A DNA stretch of 64,000 nt from Candidatus Latescibacterota bacterium (GTDB taxonomy: Bacteria > Latescibacterota > UBA2968 > GCA-2709665): NCBI GenBank assembly GCA_965237675.1, contig OZ250150.1:64001-128000 (forward strand). The letters are read 5' to 3'. Position 1 is the first letter of the stretch. Each line of letters opens with the position of its first letter. Both the position numbers and the translations under genes were made by a program. Shown one piece after another: positions 9,236-20,482 of the stretch. Below the pieces are notes generated by a model. It was not told the DNA's origin. It made no database searches and was given only the letters and a program-made list of their open reading frames with translations.

Positions 9236-10963
9236 ATGGAATGGCACGGCGGCCGCATCCGGAGGACGCCTTTTTTCGCGGCGGTTTTCTGCGCCGCCAC
9301 ACTGTGCTTCGACCTTACCCGTGCGGCAACACCAATACCGTCCGCCGCGCGGGAGGCGCTCGATGCCGGCCTGGCCCATGCCGGCGCGGGCCGGCTGCAT
9401 GAGGCTTTGAAGGAAATGGCTCGGGCCGCGGAACTGGCGCCGGAATCGTCGCAGGTGTGGCACAACTTCGGCATCCTTACCGCGCAGATGGGCCGGCTCG
9501 ACGACGCGGCCCGGATGCTGGAACGCGCCGCACGTCTGGAACCGGAATACCGGCACACCCACGTCGTGCTGGGGGCCGTCTACCAGCGGAACGGACAACT
9601 GGCCTATGCGGAACGGGCGTATCGGCGTGCCGTGGATCTGGCCCCCGGCCTGCCCGACGCGCACCGGGCGCTCGGCCTTCTCGCGGTGGCCCGAAACGAC
9701 CTCGCAGCGGCGGCGGCGGCGTTCAAGCGGGCGGTCGACCTGGCGCCCGGCAGCGCTGAGCTCCGTTACCGCCTCGGCGCTGTTGAACTGAAGAGGGGCG
9801 ACGTGAAGGCTGGCGTCGCCGCCTTGAAACGGGCGGTATCGCTGGACCCCGGCCTTCTGCCGGCCTGGCTGGAACTGGCCGCCTGCTACAAACGCGAGCG
9901 CTATCTGGACCTGGCGCTGGAGGCATACGCCCGCGCCGCGGCCGTGGACCCCGGTTCCACGACCGCCTGGCAGGGACTGGGAGACGTGGAAGCCGCTCGG
10001 GGCAACTCATCGCGGGCCGCCGACGCGTTCCGGAGGGCCGAGCGGGCTGACGCTTCGAACGTGGACGCGCCCTTTCTGCTGGGCCGGGCGCTGCTCCTTC
10101 TCGGACGGGCGAAGGAGGCCGTCCCCGCGTTCGGCCGGGCAATCCGGCTGGCGCCGGACTTCGCCGACGCGCGTTCCGCTCTTGCGGAGGCCTACACCGC
10201 CCTGGGGGAAGATCGGAAGGCCGCAGACGCCTACCGGGAGGCCGTTCGATATTCGCCGGCGCACGCAGGCGCCCATTTCGGACTTGGCGAGGTCCTGCTC
10301 AGGCTGGGCGACCTGCCCGATGCCGAGACAGCATTCCGCCGGGCAATCGCGCTCGATGCGGATCACGCCAGGGCCCGCTACGGCCTGGGGCGGACCTGCC
10401 TGCTTCAGGGACGGACGGATGAAGGACGACAGGAATTGAAACAATTCGAGCGGTTGTCCAGAGAAGGGCACAAGCTGGATGTTCTGGAGCGGGCGGTACT
10501 GCGCCACCCCGAAAACCCCAAACTTCACGATCGCCTCGGGCGGGTCTACGCTGCGCGGGGGCGCGCCAGAGAAGCCGCGGCCGCGTTTGGCAGAGCCGTC
10601 GGGAGGGACAGCACGTTCACAGGCGCGTACGTGCGGCTGGCCATGGCGGCCGCGGAAATCGGCGACCTGGCAACCGCCGAGCGGGCGCTGAAGCTGGCGG
10701 TGCGGCTCTCGCCGTCGCCACGGCGCTTTCTGGCGCTCGGCGCGGTCCACGAACGCCAGCGGCGTTGGCTGGAGGCCGCAGCCGCGTTCGAGCAGGCGAC
10801 ACGGAGGGACCCAGGCCTGGTGGCGGCACACCGGTCGCTGGCCGCGCTGTATGAACGCGCCGGACGGATCGATGCGGCCCGGCATGCCCTGAAGCGCGTT
10901 CTGGCGCTCGACCCGGCAGACGAAGAAGCCCGTGGGGCCCTCAACCGCCTCGGCGAGAAATGA
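9236..10963 (+). CDS. Multi-TPR repeat protein with signal peptide
   Basis: Many TPR repeats (AYRRAVDLAPGLPDAHRALG etc.); start reassigned to ATG 9236 after gaaagga. Confidence 0.88.
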   Translation: MEWHGGRIRRTPFFAAVFCAATLCFDLTRAATPIPSAAREALDAGLAHAGAGRLHEALKEMARAAELAPESSQVWHNFGILTAQMGRLDDAARMLERAARLEPEYRHTHVVLGAVYQRNGQLAYAERAYRRAVDLAPGLPDAHRALGLLAVARNDLAAAAAAFKRAVDLAPGSAELRYRLGAVELKRGDVKAGVAALKRAVSLDPGLLPAWLELAACYKRERYLDLALEAYARAAAVDPGSTTAWQGLGDVEAARGNSSRAADAFRRAERADASNVDAPFLLGRALLLLGRAKEAVPAFGRAIRLAPDFADARSALAEAYTALGEDRKAADAYREAVRYSPAHAGAHFGLGEVLLRLGDLPDAETAFRRAIALDADHARARYGLGRTCLLQGRTDEGRQELKQFERLSREGHKLDVLERAVLRHPENPKLHDRLGRVYAARGRAREAAAAFGRAVGRDSTFTGAYVRLAMAAAEIGDLATAERALKLAVRLSPSPRRFLALGAVHERQRRWLEAAAAFEQATRRDPGLVAAHRSLAALYERAGRIDAARHALKRVLALDPADEEARGALNRLGEK

Positions 10964-11011
10964 TCGACGGGGCGGACCGCGACCTGCGTCTGACCTCGAC
11001 GACCGATCGTG

Positions 11012-12295
11012 TCAATCGTCCTTCGGCGCCGGTGTCAACCGCCCGTAATACACCTCGTTGCTGTTCTGCTGGGACGCCCCGGTCCAATAACAGTCCACAA
11101 AGGGCGACCGGGTGCCTCCGGCGCGCGTCATGTTCGTAAAGAAGTGCCACAGCCGCGACGGCATCTCGAGCCGTACGGGTTCGCTGACCCGGTCCCATCG
11201 ACCGGCCTCTCCCGCTGCGTACCAGACCCCCTCCGCGTCGCCTCTGCCCCCCCGCGTCAGGAAATAGTGAAAACGGCCGTCCGGACCCTGGTAGACCCGG
11301 CCACCGTTGTAGTTGCCCATGCAATAGTGTCTGAAAGGTCCGCCCGGACCCCCGACTGCGTGATAGAGCAGGCTGTTTCCCGCGTCCTGGCCCCTCCCCG
11401 CCCAGACCGTTGTGGACGGCTCACGGTTTTCATAGTACGTCAGGTGCACCCGCCCCCGCATGTCCATCATCAGACCCTGATGGTCGGTTGTCCCCCTCGC
11501 GCGCCCGTCGAACGTATCGGACACGTCGCTGATCACCGTCATTCGCCAGTCTTCCGGGGTTCCGAACACATCCGGACAGTAGTAATAGTAGGCCTTCAGA
11601 ACGGGGTAGATGCCGCGGGGGGTCTCTACGGACCTGATAGCGCCGGTCTCCCGGTCCTTCAGCTTCACCGTCTGATTGGGAAACTGTTCGCCTTTCAGGA
11701 AATAATCGTCGCTGGAAATCGCGTGCGCCTCGGAGCCGTTGAGGATTACGAAATTGTATCCTCGGTTCCTCTCGTGCTGTACGCTTCCGGTGGTCATCGG
11801 ACGATAGGCGTTATCCGGATCCAGCACGTACCAGGTCATGGTTGCCAGCCCGCCAGCGACAAGGATCCGATCGGCGGCGTCGATCGACGCGCCGAAGCGG
11901 CTGTCGGCCGAGGCGTATTCCTGAATTGTGAACCTTTCAACTTGGCCGGGCGGGTCGAATGTGGCGTGGTAACTGCCGCTTTCGCCCGCAATCACGTGCA
12001 GCCTCCCGGCGCTGTCCACAAGCAGGTTGCCATTCTGCGGCACCGGAGGCAACGGGTCGCTGGCTTCCCACCTCCCGGCGCCCGTACGTCGGAACACCAC
12101 CAGTGTCATATCATCCCGCCAACTGAGCGCGTAGACCTCCTCCCCGGCGCGGACGATATTGGATTGGTTATACCCCCAGCAACTCGCGCCGCTGCCGCCA
12201 GTTTGCTGGCACCCTGCCGTATCCGTTATCATCTCGACCTCGAAACCCACTCTCGCGGGCGGCCCGTACGTCACCTGGACCCGTTCCGGTTTCAT
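11012..12295 (-). CDS. Hypothetical protein, probable beta-propeller (BNR/sialidase-like)
   Basis: 427 aa, repeated DSAGRLHV / DMRGRVHLTY / GPDGRFHY blade-like motifs; 4-nt overlap with upstream amidohydrolase. Confidence 0.6.
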   Translation of the reverse strand: MKPERVQVTYGPPARVGFEVEMITDTAGCQQTGGSGASCWGYNQSNIVRAGEEVYALSWRDDMTLVVFRRTGAGRWEASDPLPPVPQNGNLLVDSAGRLHVIAGESGSYHATFDPPGQVERFTIQEYASADSRFGASIDAADRILVAGGLATMTWYVLDPDNAYRPMTTGSVQHERNRGYNFVILNGSEAHAISSDDYFLKGEQFPNQTVKLKDRETGAIRSVETPRGIYPVLKAYYYYCPDVFGTPEDWRMTVISDVSDTFDGRARGTTDHQGLMMDMRGRVHLTYYENREPSTTVWAGRGQDAGNSLLYHAVGGPGGPFRHYCMGNYNGGRVYQGPDGRFHYFLTRGGRGDAEGVWYAAGEAGRWDRVSEPVRLEMPSRLWHFFTNMTRAGGTRSPFVDCYWTGASQQNSNEVYYGRLTPAPKDD

Positions 12296-13863
12296 CCGAT
12301 TCCTCCTTTCGTCGAATTCCCGGCCCTGCGGTAGATCCGCGACGGATTCTCCCAGAGAATCTTGCGCTTGAGTTCGTCGCTGATATCCGCATAGAGCACC
12401 CGGCCGAGCTGGTACGGAAAATCCATAATGGGGAAGTCCGATCCGTACAATATCCGGTCCGGGGGCATCCGCTCAACCAGCCGCGCGAAACCGCCCCGAA
12501 GAACGGTTGAGCCGGTGGTGTCGTAGTAAAGATTGGAAAACTCCCCGGCGATTTCCAGATAGGGTTCGTGGGCTTCCGGCGGGCTCGCGGCAAAATGGGC
12601 TGCTATATAAGTCAGGTGCGGCATTTCCGCCAGCAACCCCCGGAGCATGTCGGGGGGCAGCACGCCGTGGGTCAGGATCGGCAGGCGCCGCTCGTTTGCA
12701 ACCTCGAACGCGGGGCGGTATTTCGGCGAATCGGGAGGCGTATTGTGAAGCTGGCAGTGGAACTTGATGCCCACGACGCCGGGCTCGTCGAAAAGACGGT
12801 CGAAGGACCCGATGTTGTTCGCGTATTTGCCGGGTGCATAGCCGGCGTACGCGAAGAGACGGCCGGGGTATTCCGCGGTCGCCTCGATCGCCCGGGCATT
12901 CCCCGAGTCCGGGTCGTTTTCGATTGCGCGGATATCGCTGATGACAAAGCGTTCCACGCCCACCTCATCCATACGCCGGACCGTGTCCCCCGCATTGTAA
13001 ACCGGGTAGGGAATCTTGTACCACGGTCCCAGGTGTCCGTGGATGTCCCACACCCGCATCCCGTCCGCCGCGACCGGCCATTCGCGGTCCGTCGCTTCCC
13101 GGGGGGCCTCGAGGCGCAGCAGCCGCCGCGCGTTGTTCCCCGCGATCGCCGCGCGCTGCCCGCCCGTCAGCCTGCTTCCCGCGACCGTCGCAATCGGCCC
13201 GCCCGCGTCGTACGCCGGCATGCCGCTTCCGAACAAGATCCGCCCGCTTCCAAATCGTTCACAGATTTCCTCGAGGCAGTTTGCGCTCTGGATATAAGAG
13301 GTCTCGAGGTAGAGATTCGGAAACTCATCCCAGAGATGATACATCACTCTGGGGGCGTCTCCACCCTCCCTAAGCAGGATCACGGGCAGGCGGGGGTACG
13401 CCTCGCACAGATCGAATATTTCGTCCCAGGGAGACATGTCGGACCAGTGGCGCCTTTCCAGATCCAGAATCAGAGGAATCGCGGCCTCCGCCAGCGCCGC
13501 CAGTAAGGGGCCCAGGATACGGCGGCTCACCGGAAAGAGATGCTGCCCTGGCAGCAGCCGGGCGGCGCGGACGCCGTGCTCCCGCATCTGGCGGACGATT
13601 TCATCCGGAGCGGGCAACTCGGGGGTACCCGGCGGCAGCAGCAGCCAGCAGGGATGCAGCCGGTCGCGGTGGCCGCCGAGTTGCTCGAACAGCCGCCAGT
13701 TTCCCTCCCGTGGATGACCGTACCGGGCATGGCTGGAGTATACGAGCGCCTCGGCGATCTGCAGCCGATCCAATTCCCGAAGCAGATCGTCGGCATTCCG
13801 GAATTGGGGTTCGGCGGCGTCGGACGCGGGCCCGAGCATCACATTGATGTCCAGCAGGTCCAT
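12292..13863 (-). CDS. Tandem two-domain amidohydrolase (Amidohydro_2-like)
   Basis: Two TIM-barrel-like units: RILFGSGMP...GNNARRLL, then DIHGHLG...GIKFH...ILTHG...AAHF...RILYGSDFP...ENPSRIY. Confidence 0.85.
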   Translation of the reverse strand: MDLLDINVMLGPASDAAEPQFRNADDLLRELDRLQIAEALVYSSHARYGHPREGNWRLFEQLGGHRDRLHPCWLLLPPGTPELPAPDEIVRQMREHGVRAARLLPGQHLFPVSRRILGPLLAALAEAAIPLILDLERRHWSDMSPWDEIFDLCEAYPRLPVILLREGGDAPRVMYHLWDEFPNLYLETSYIQSANCLEEICERFGSGRILFGSGMPAYDAGGPIATVAGSRLTGGQRAAIAGNNARRLLRLEAPREATDREWPVAADGMRVWDIHGHLGPWYKIPYPVYNAGDTVRRMDEVGVERFVISDIRAIENDPDSGNARAIEATAEYPGRLFAYAGYAPGKYANNIGSFDRLFDEPGVVGIKFHCQLHNTPPDSPKYRPAFEVANERRLPILTHGVLPPDMLRGLLAEMPHLTYIAAHFAASPPEAHEPYLEIAGEFSNLYYDTTGSTVLRGGFARLVERMPPDRILYGSDFPIMDFPYQLGRVLYADISDELKRKILWENPSRIYRRAGNSTKGGIG

Positions 13864-13914
13864 TTTCCTCTCCGATCGGTTACTGCAATGCTGATGGCGC
13901 GCCGCGGCAGAAGG

Positions 13915-14868
<954 letters not shown>

Positions 14869-14920
14869 ACCTGCCTCGGTAGATACGTCCTGGTTGAACG
14901 TTGGAAACTGCGAAAAGGAG

Positions 14921-14949
14921 TTGAAACCCGAAAAGGCGCGACGTATATT
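14921..14949 (+). promoter_or_regulatory. Candidate sigma70 promoter for the 15227 gene
   Basis: TTGAAA-17 nt-TATATT. Confidence 0.5.
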
Positions 14950-15226
14950 AGATTTCCGCTCTTACAAAGCGACCCCCTTCGTGTGCCGCGGGGTGCGCGG
15001 GCATTCGGTCCTCAAAATGACGCGCGCACGCGCATGGGCAGGGTCGCAGGCCCAGGAGGTCTTGTCCTCCATCGACCGGAACATCGCGCCGAAAAGTAGC
15101 GCCGGACCTCCGCAAGTGCAAGCGCAATCACGGCGCAGGTCCAAAGGGACTCGCGACAGGCGCCGACCCCGCGGGAGAAGATTCGGGGGGACCCGCACCA
15201 ATCACTGATACGGAAAGGACGATCCC

Positions 15227-17554
15227 ATGGCCGTAGAAATCACGCTGGCAAATGAAATCCGGGTTCCACGGAGCGGGGAGTGGCTGTGCAGAGGCATACC
15301 GTTTCCACAGGGGATCCTGGCGGATCCGGGGAACCTGATCCTGAAGGACCAGACGGGCCGGGTGCTGCCGCTGGGGACCGAACCGATGGCCCGTTGGCCC
15401 GATGGGACGGTGAAATGGGCGCTGCTGCAGTTCCCGGTAGACTTCGACCGTAACGGAAGGAAGGCCTATTCGCTGAACTGGATGGACGAAAAGCCGGAGC
15501 CTGTACCAGGTCCCCGGATCGCGCTGACGAAGACCGCGGCCGGATTGGAGGTGGACAACGGCGTCCTGCGCTTTGTCCTGCCCGGCTCGGGACAAGCGTT
15601 CCTGGCCGGGTGCGGCAGGGGAAGCGTGGAGGGCATCCGGTCGGTCACCGCCCAGATCGAGGACGAACAGGGCGTCACATTCGTCAGCCACCTCGAGGGA
15701 GAACCCCGAGTCGAACGATTCACCGAAAAAATGCTGGTGGTGAGCAGGCGCGGGGTCCATCGGGACGCGGCCGGCCGCAAGCTGTTTTCACTTGTCTTTC
15801 GGGTCACAGTATTCGCCGGTGCGGATGACCTGGAGGTGGAGTACCAATTTATCCACGATGAGCCCTATCGGGAGGTCCCGGAACGGCTGAAACGAGCCCA
15901 CGGCATTGGCACGCCCAGCGTGGACCTGGAAAGTCCCAGGCTGCAACAACTGCGGGCCGTTCGTTTGATTGTTGCACACGCCATAAACGGGGCTGACGAG
16001 TATGCGACCTGTCCCTTCGCCACGGTGGGGAACCGGGGTCTGATCACTTCGGTGCAACCGATTCGGGGCCTGCTGACCGAAGCCCCCCGGACGGCCCTGT
16101 ACGACGCCATGATCGACGCCGAGGTAGACGACGGCGAGACACAGGTTGGCCGGTCGCACGGATGGATTTCAGCGGGGAACGGCAGAGGCGGGGTCGCCGC
16201 ATCGGTCCGGAAGTTCGTCCAGCAGTGGCCCAAGGGCTTTTCCGCGGACGCCGGCAGTATCGTCCTGGACCTCTGGCCCGAGGCGGCGGGGCCGCTGGCG
16301 ATTTTCCAGGGACAGGCCAAGTCGCATCAGGTCAAGCTGAGGGCGTACGCCAGCAGCGCGGCCGAGGCGCGGCTTCCGGACTGGCATTTTGCGTATCAAT
16401 TTCCCGTAGTTTTCTCTTCTCCGGACTGGTTTATCGATTCCGGCGCGTTAGGGCCCGTGTTCCGCTATCAGCCCGGAAAATACATGGGTATCGAGCAGAA
16501 GTTCCGCCTGGAGTTCGAGCAGTTTCTGGGATACGACAGGCGACTGGGCATGATGGACTACGGGGACTACGAGCAACTGATGAGCGCATCCTGGGGTCGT
16601 GTGGATTTTATGGCCAACTGCGAGCACGATTTCGGCCAGACCGTGTACCTCCAGTTCGTGCGCACCGGAAGTTACCTCTATCTCGACGCTTTCGAAGCCG
16701 CCGTCCGCCATGTCATGGACCTGGACATTATCCACTTCGACGATCACTTCGACGAACTGGGCGGATGGACCGCCCACGGCGCCTACCACGTTGGGGCGGA
16801 CGGGAAGCCCAATTGCCACCTCTCGCACATGTGGGCCGAGGGCTTTCTCTCGTACTACTATTATTCCGGATATACGCCGGCGCTGGAATCCGCGCGCGGC
16901 GTGGCGGATCTGATCTGCAGAAAAGTGGCGGCGGGCGACGGGCGGCGGGGCGCGCGGGACCGGGGGTGGCCATTAATCGCGCTGTGCAGCGTCTATCGGG
17001 CCACCGGGGAAAGGCGGTACGCAGAGGCCGCGGAGAGGATTGCGGCTTCTTTTTCAGAGGGACCGGATCCGCTGGAACCCAACGGCGGCTGCAGCGGCGG
17101 ATGGGGCCCGATCCCGTACCAGCAGGCGGTTATGGGCAGCATTGCCGCGACCGGGCTGGCGTATCATTTTCAGACCTTCGGGAATTCCCTCAGCAGGGAC
17201 TCGTTCCTGAAATTGTGCGACTTTCTGGCAAGCGAAGACGTCCGCACGCCGGAAGGGCTCTACCTGTCCATGCCCGGCAACGAAACGCCGATGAGTTACA
17301 TTGGTTTCTCCGCACTCCGGGAGAGCATCGGCTTTGCGTGGGAAATCACCGGCGACGAAAAGTACGTTCACGCCGGCCTGCGGGATATCGAAATGAACAT
17401 GATCTCCAACTTCCCATCCGTAGGCCATTTCGACAAGACGAGATTCGGCTACGAGGTCATCCGGGCCACCGGCGATTCCATCAGCGTCATCTGGCGGGAC
17501 CTGCTTCGATTTTTCGATTACGCGGACCGGGCGGGGCTGCTGCGGGACTTCTGA
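15227..17554 (+). CDS. Exo-rhamnogalacturonan lyase-like (YetA/PcRGLX-type) beta-barrel + alpha/alpha toroid protein
   Basis: GIPFPQG...ARWPDGTVKWALL N-terminus, WPKGF, LGMMDYGD, SHMWAEG, RDRGWPL; gaaagga RBS; no signal peptide. Confidence 0.65.
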   Translation: MAVEITLANEIRVPRSGEWLCRGIPFPQGILADPGNLILKDQTGRVLPLGTEPMARWPDGTVKWALLQFPVDFDRNGRKAYSLNWMDEKPEPVPGPRIALTKTAAGLEVDNGVLRFVLPGSGQAFLAGCGRGSVEGIRSVTAQIEDEQGVTFVSHLEGEPRVERFTEKMLVVSRRGVHRDAAGRKLFSLVFRVTVFAGADDLEVEYQFIHDEPYREVPERLKRAHGIGTPSVDLESPRLQQLRAVRLIVAHAINGADEYATCPFATVGNRGLITSVQPIRGLLTEAPRTALYDAMIDAEVDDGETQVGRSHGWISAGNGRGGVAASVRKFVQQWPKGFSADAGSIVLDLWPEAAGPLAIFQGQAKSHQVKLRAYASSAAEARLPDWHFAYQFPVVFSSPDWFIDSGALGPVFRYQPGKYMGIEQKFRLEFEQFLGYDRRLGMMDYGDYEQLMSASWGRVDFMANCEHDFGQTVYLQFVRTGSYLYLDAFEAAVRHVMDLDIIHFDDHFDELGGWTAHGAYHVGADGKPNCHLSHMWAEGFLSYYYYSGYTPALESARGVADLICRKVAAGDGRRGARDRGWPLIALCSVYRATGERRYAEAAERIAASFSEGPDPLEPNGGCSGGWGPIPYQQAVMGSIAATGLAYHFQTFGNSLSRDSFLKLCDFLASEDVRTPEGLYLSMPGNETPMSYIGFSALRESIGFAWEITGDEKYVHAGLRDIEMNMISNFPSVGHFDKTRFGYEVIRATGDSISVIWRDLLRFFDYADRAGLLRDF

Positions 17555-17571
17555 CTTCACGGGACCCGTCC

Positions 17572-18528
17572 TCACACTTCAATGTGCCAGCAGAAGACGG
17601 TATGATCGTCCGACAACCGGGTCATTTCGGGGTCCTCCTCCCGGCACAGGTCCGTCGCACGGGGACAGCGCGGATGGAAGCGGCATCCCGACGGCGGGCG
17701 GGTCATGTCAGGAGGCTGCCCGGGGATGGTATCCAGGCGCCCGCGGACCATCTTCGCGTTTTCCAGTAACCCGATGGAGTACGGGTGCCGCGGGGCATTC
17801 AGGAAGACGCGCGTGGGCGCAATCTCGGCCACTTTTCCCGCGTACATCACAACGATCCGGTCGCTGAACTCCACGGCCAGACCGAAATCGTGCGTAATCA
17901 GCAAGGTAGACATCCCGTACGCAGCTTTCATCCGGTTCATCAGATCCATGATCTGCGCCTGCGTCGTGACGTCAAGCGCAGTCGTGGGTTCGTCTGCGAT
18001 CATCAGCTTCGGTTCGCAGCTCAAGGCTATCGCAATCATCACCCGCTGCTTCATCCCTCCCGACAGCTCGAAAGGGTAGCTCCGGTAGCGCAGCGACGGC
18101 GCGGGAATACCCACCTCTTCCAGCAACGACACCGCACGATCATAAGACCGCTTCCGGTCGGCGCGCCTGTGCCACAGAACGGGTTCCGCGATCTGTGGAC
18201 CGCTGCGCATTGTGGGGTTGAGGGAAGTCTGGGGGTTCTGAAAAACAAACCCGATGTCGTTGCCGCGAACTCCCTGAAGCGCCTTTTCGTCCAGTTCGAG
18301 CAGATTCCGCCCTTGAAAGAACACCTGCCCGCCCTCGATCTTGCCGCGCCCCCCAATCAGCCTGACAACGGACAGCATGCTCACGCTCTTGCCACTGCCG
18401 CTTTCCCCCACAATTCCCACGCTCTCCCGCTCCTGTACTGTATAGGTGATCCCGTCCACCGCCCTTACCACCCCGTCGCGGCGGTAGAAATAGGTCTTCA
18501 GGTTGCGGATATCCAGGAGAGTGGACAT
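17572..18528 (-). CDS. oppD: Oligopeptide ABC transporter ATP-binding subunit
   Basis: GESGSGKSV, LSGGMKQR, IADEPTTALDVTTQAQI, GCRFHPRC. Confidence 0.93.
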   Translation of the reverse strand: MSTLLDIRNLKTYFYRRDGVVRAVDGITYTVQERESVGIVGESGSGKSVSMLSVVRLIGGRGKIEGGQVFFQGRNLLELDEKALQGVRGNDIGFVFQNPQTSLNPTMRSGPQIAEPVLWHRRADRKRSYDRAVSLLEEVGIPAPSLRYRSYPFELSGGMKQRVMIAIALSCEPKLMIADEPTTALDVTTQAQIMDLMNRMKAAYGMSTLLITHDFGLAVEFSDRIVVMYAGKVAEIAPTRVFLNAPRHPYSIGLLENAKMVRGRLDTIPGQPPDMTRPPSGCRFHPRCPRATDLCREEDPEMTRLSDDHTVFCWHIEV

Positions 18529-18553
18529 GGGCTCGCCTCACAGGCCGACGGAT

Positions 18554-19456
18554 TTACTCCTTGGGATTGAACGCGTCGTTCAGCCCGTCGCCCAGATACG
18601 TAAATGACAGAAGCGCAAGCGCAAACGTGGCGGCCGGCCAGGTGAGCTGGTAGGGGAAAGCCCTGAAATTCAGGCTTCCGACCTGGATCAGTAACCCCCA
18701 ACTCGGCCGGGGAGGCATCACCCCCAATCCGAGCAGGCTCAGCGCCGACTCGGTCATCATCATGCCGGGAACCATAAACGCGATCGCGACAATCAGCGGG
18801 CCGAACGAATTCGGCAGAATGTATCGCCGGATCACGTATTGATGGGTTGCCCCGAGTGCCCGTGCCGACTCCACGTATTCGAGGTTTTTAATGGACAACA
18901 CCTGGGCGCGCATAAGCCGGGCGAACCCCACCCAGCCGGTGGCGGCGATGGCGATGAAAATCGTAACGATTCCCCTGCCAAGGACCGACACCAGGATGAT
19001 GCTGAATAGAAACCCGGGGAACGCGTACATCACATCCGTAAACCGCATCAGCGCATTGTCCACAACGCCCCCCGCGTAGCCGGCGACAGCGCCGATCAGA
19101 CCCCCGATCGCTATCGAAATCACAGTGGCGCCGAAAGCGACGGCCAAGGCCGTCTGGAGGCTGAAGATCAGGCGGCTGAAAATATCCCGCCCCACCTCGT
19201 CGGTCCCCGCGATGTGCTGCCAGGATGGCGGCTGGTACGCGTTGTCCAGTTCGATCCGGTTATACCCGTACGGAGCAACGTACCCTGCAAAGGCCGCAAT
19301 CAGAATCATCACAATCACAAAACCCAGGCTAAGCAGGGCCAGACGATTCGAAGCGAATCGTTGCCAAACGACGCCCCAATAGGATATCCGCGCCGGTTGG
19401 CGCGTCGATTCCTCCTCATTGGAATGTACAGACCCGGCAGGGTTCAGGACAGCCAC
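18554..19456 (-). CDS. oppC: Oligopeptide ABC transporter permease
   Basis: HIAGTDEVGRDIFSR, EYVESARALGA, ESALSLLGLG, GDGLNDAFNPK. Confidence 0.92.
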   Translation of the reverse strand: MAVLNPAGSVHSNEEESTRQPARISYWGVVWQRFASNRLALLSLGFVIVMILIAAFAGYVAPYGYNRIELDNAYQPPSWQHIAGTDEVGRDIFSRLIFSLQTALAVAFGATVISIAIGGLIGAVAGYAGGVVDNALMRFTDVMYAFPGFLFSIILVSVLGRGIVTIFIAIAATGWVGFARLMRAQVLSIKNLEYVESARALGATHQYVIRRYILPNSFGPLIVAIAFMVPGMMMTESALSLLGLGVMPPRPSWGLLIQVGSLNFRAFPYQLTWPAATFALALLSFTYLGDGLNDAFNPKE

Positions 19457-19478
19457 GTGATATCTCCCTTCGATAACG

Positions 19479-20456
19479 TCATGTTGTGTCCTGCCGGTAA
19501 CTCGCCCGAATGCGCGGATCGATCAGCGCGTACCCAATATCCACCATCAGGTTCATCAGCATGATCAAAAATCCGAAAAAGAGCGTCGATGTGATGATCA
19601 TCGGATAATCCCGGGTTCCTGCGGCGGCCACGAACAGCTTGCCCAGGCCGGGGATATTGAAGATTTCTTCAATAAACGCGGTGCTCACCATCAGATTGGC
19701 GAACTGCGGACCGGTAATTGTCAGCAGGGGGATCAGCGAATTCCGCAATGCATGCCGAAACACCGCCTTGTTTCGGTTTCCCCCTTTGGAGAACACCGTT
19801 CGCACGTAGTCTTCTCCGAGTTCCTTGATCAGGCTCACCCGAACGTACCGGGCGATGCCCGCAACGGGCTGAAAGACCATCGCCATCACAGGAAGCACGG
19901 CGTACTCCCACGTCCCCCATCCGGACGTCGGAAACAACTGAAGCACGACGGCGAAGAAGACGATCACCAGCAGGGCGATGACGTAGGACGGAATGCAGAT
20001 GCCCAGCATGGAAATGAACATGGTCGCACGGTCGATCCACGTATTTCGGTACAGCGCAGCGCCAATGCCCATGGGAATGCCGAGTACAAGGGCCAGAAGC
20101 ATCGGCGCGAAGGCCAGGACGAATGTCCTCGGAAAAGCCCGCGTCATCATCTCCTGGATCGTGGTATCCGGGTAGCGGAACGACGGTCCGAAATCCAGGG
20201 CGGCCGCGTTTCGCAGATAGATCAGAATCTGCTTCCAGACGGGTGTATTCTCGCCGTAGCGCTCCTCCCACAGCATGAGCGTCTGGCTCTTCTCTTCGAA
20301 CAGACTCAGCCGGCTGCCCGTTACCTGCTGGTTCATCAGCCGTTCGATATTGAAGAAATCGCCGGGCGCGGCGTGCATCAGGTAGAACGTGATGACGAGA
20401 ATCGCGATCAGACTGACCACGATTTGACCGATACGGCGAAAAACGAATTTAACCAT
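19479..20456 (-). CDS. oppB: Oligopeptide ABC transporter permease
   Basis: Start reassigned to MVKFVFRRI; DFGPSF, HALRNSLIP, FNIPGLG, RDYP, DPRIR. Confidence 0.92.
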   Translation of the reverse strand: MVKFVFRRIGQIVVSLIAILVITFYLMHAAPGDFFNIERLMNQQVTGSRLSLFEEKSQTLMLWEERYGENTPVWKQILIYLRNAAALDFGPSFRYPDTTIQEMMTRAFPRTFVLAFAPMLLALVLGIPMGIGAALYRNTWIDRATMFISMLGICIPSYVIALLVIVFFAVVLQLFPTSGWGTWEYAVLPVMAMVFQPVAGIARYVRVSLIKELGEDYVRTVFSKGGNRNKAVFRHALRNSLIPLLTITGPQFANLMVSTAFIEEIFNIPGLGKLFVAAAGTRDYPMIITSTLFFGFLIMLMNLMVDIGYALIDPRIRASYRQDTT

Positions 20457-20482
20457 AACGACTCTCCGGCCCGGAGGCGCAC

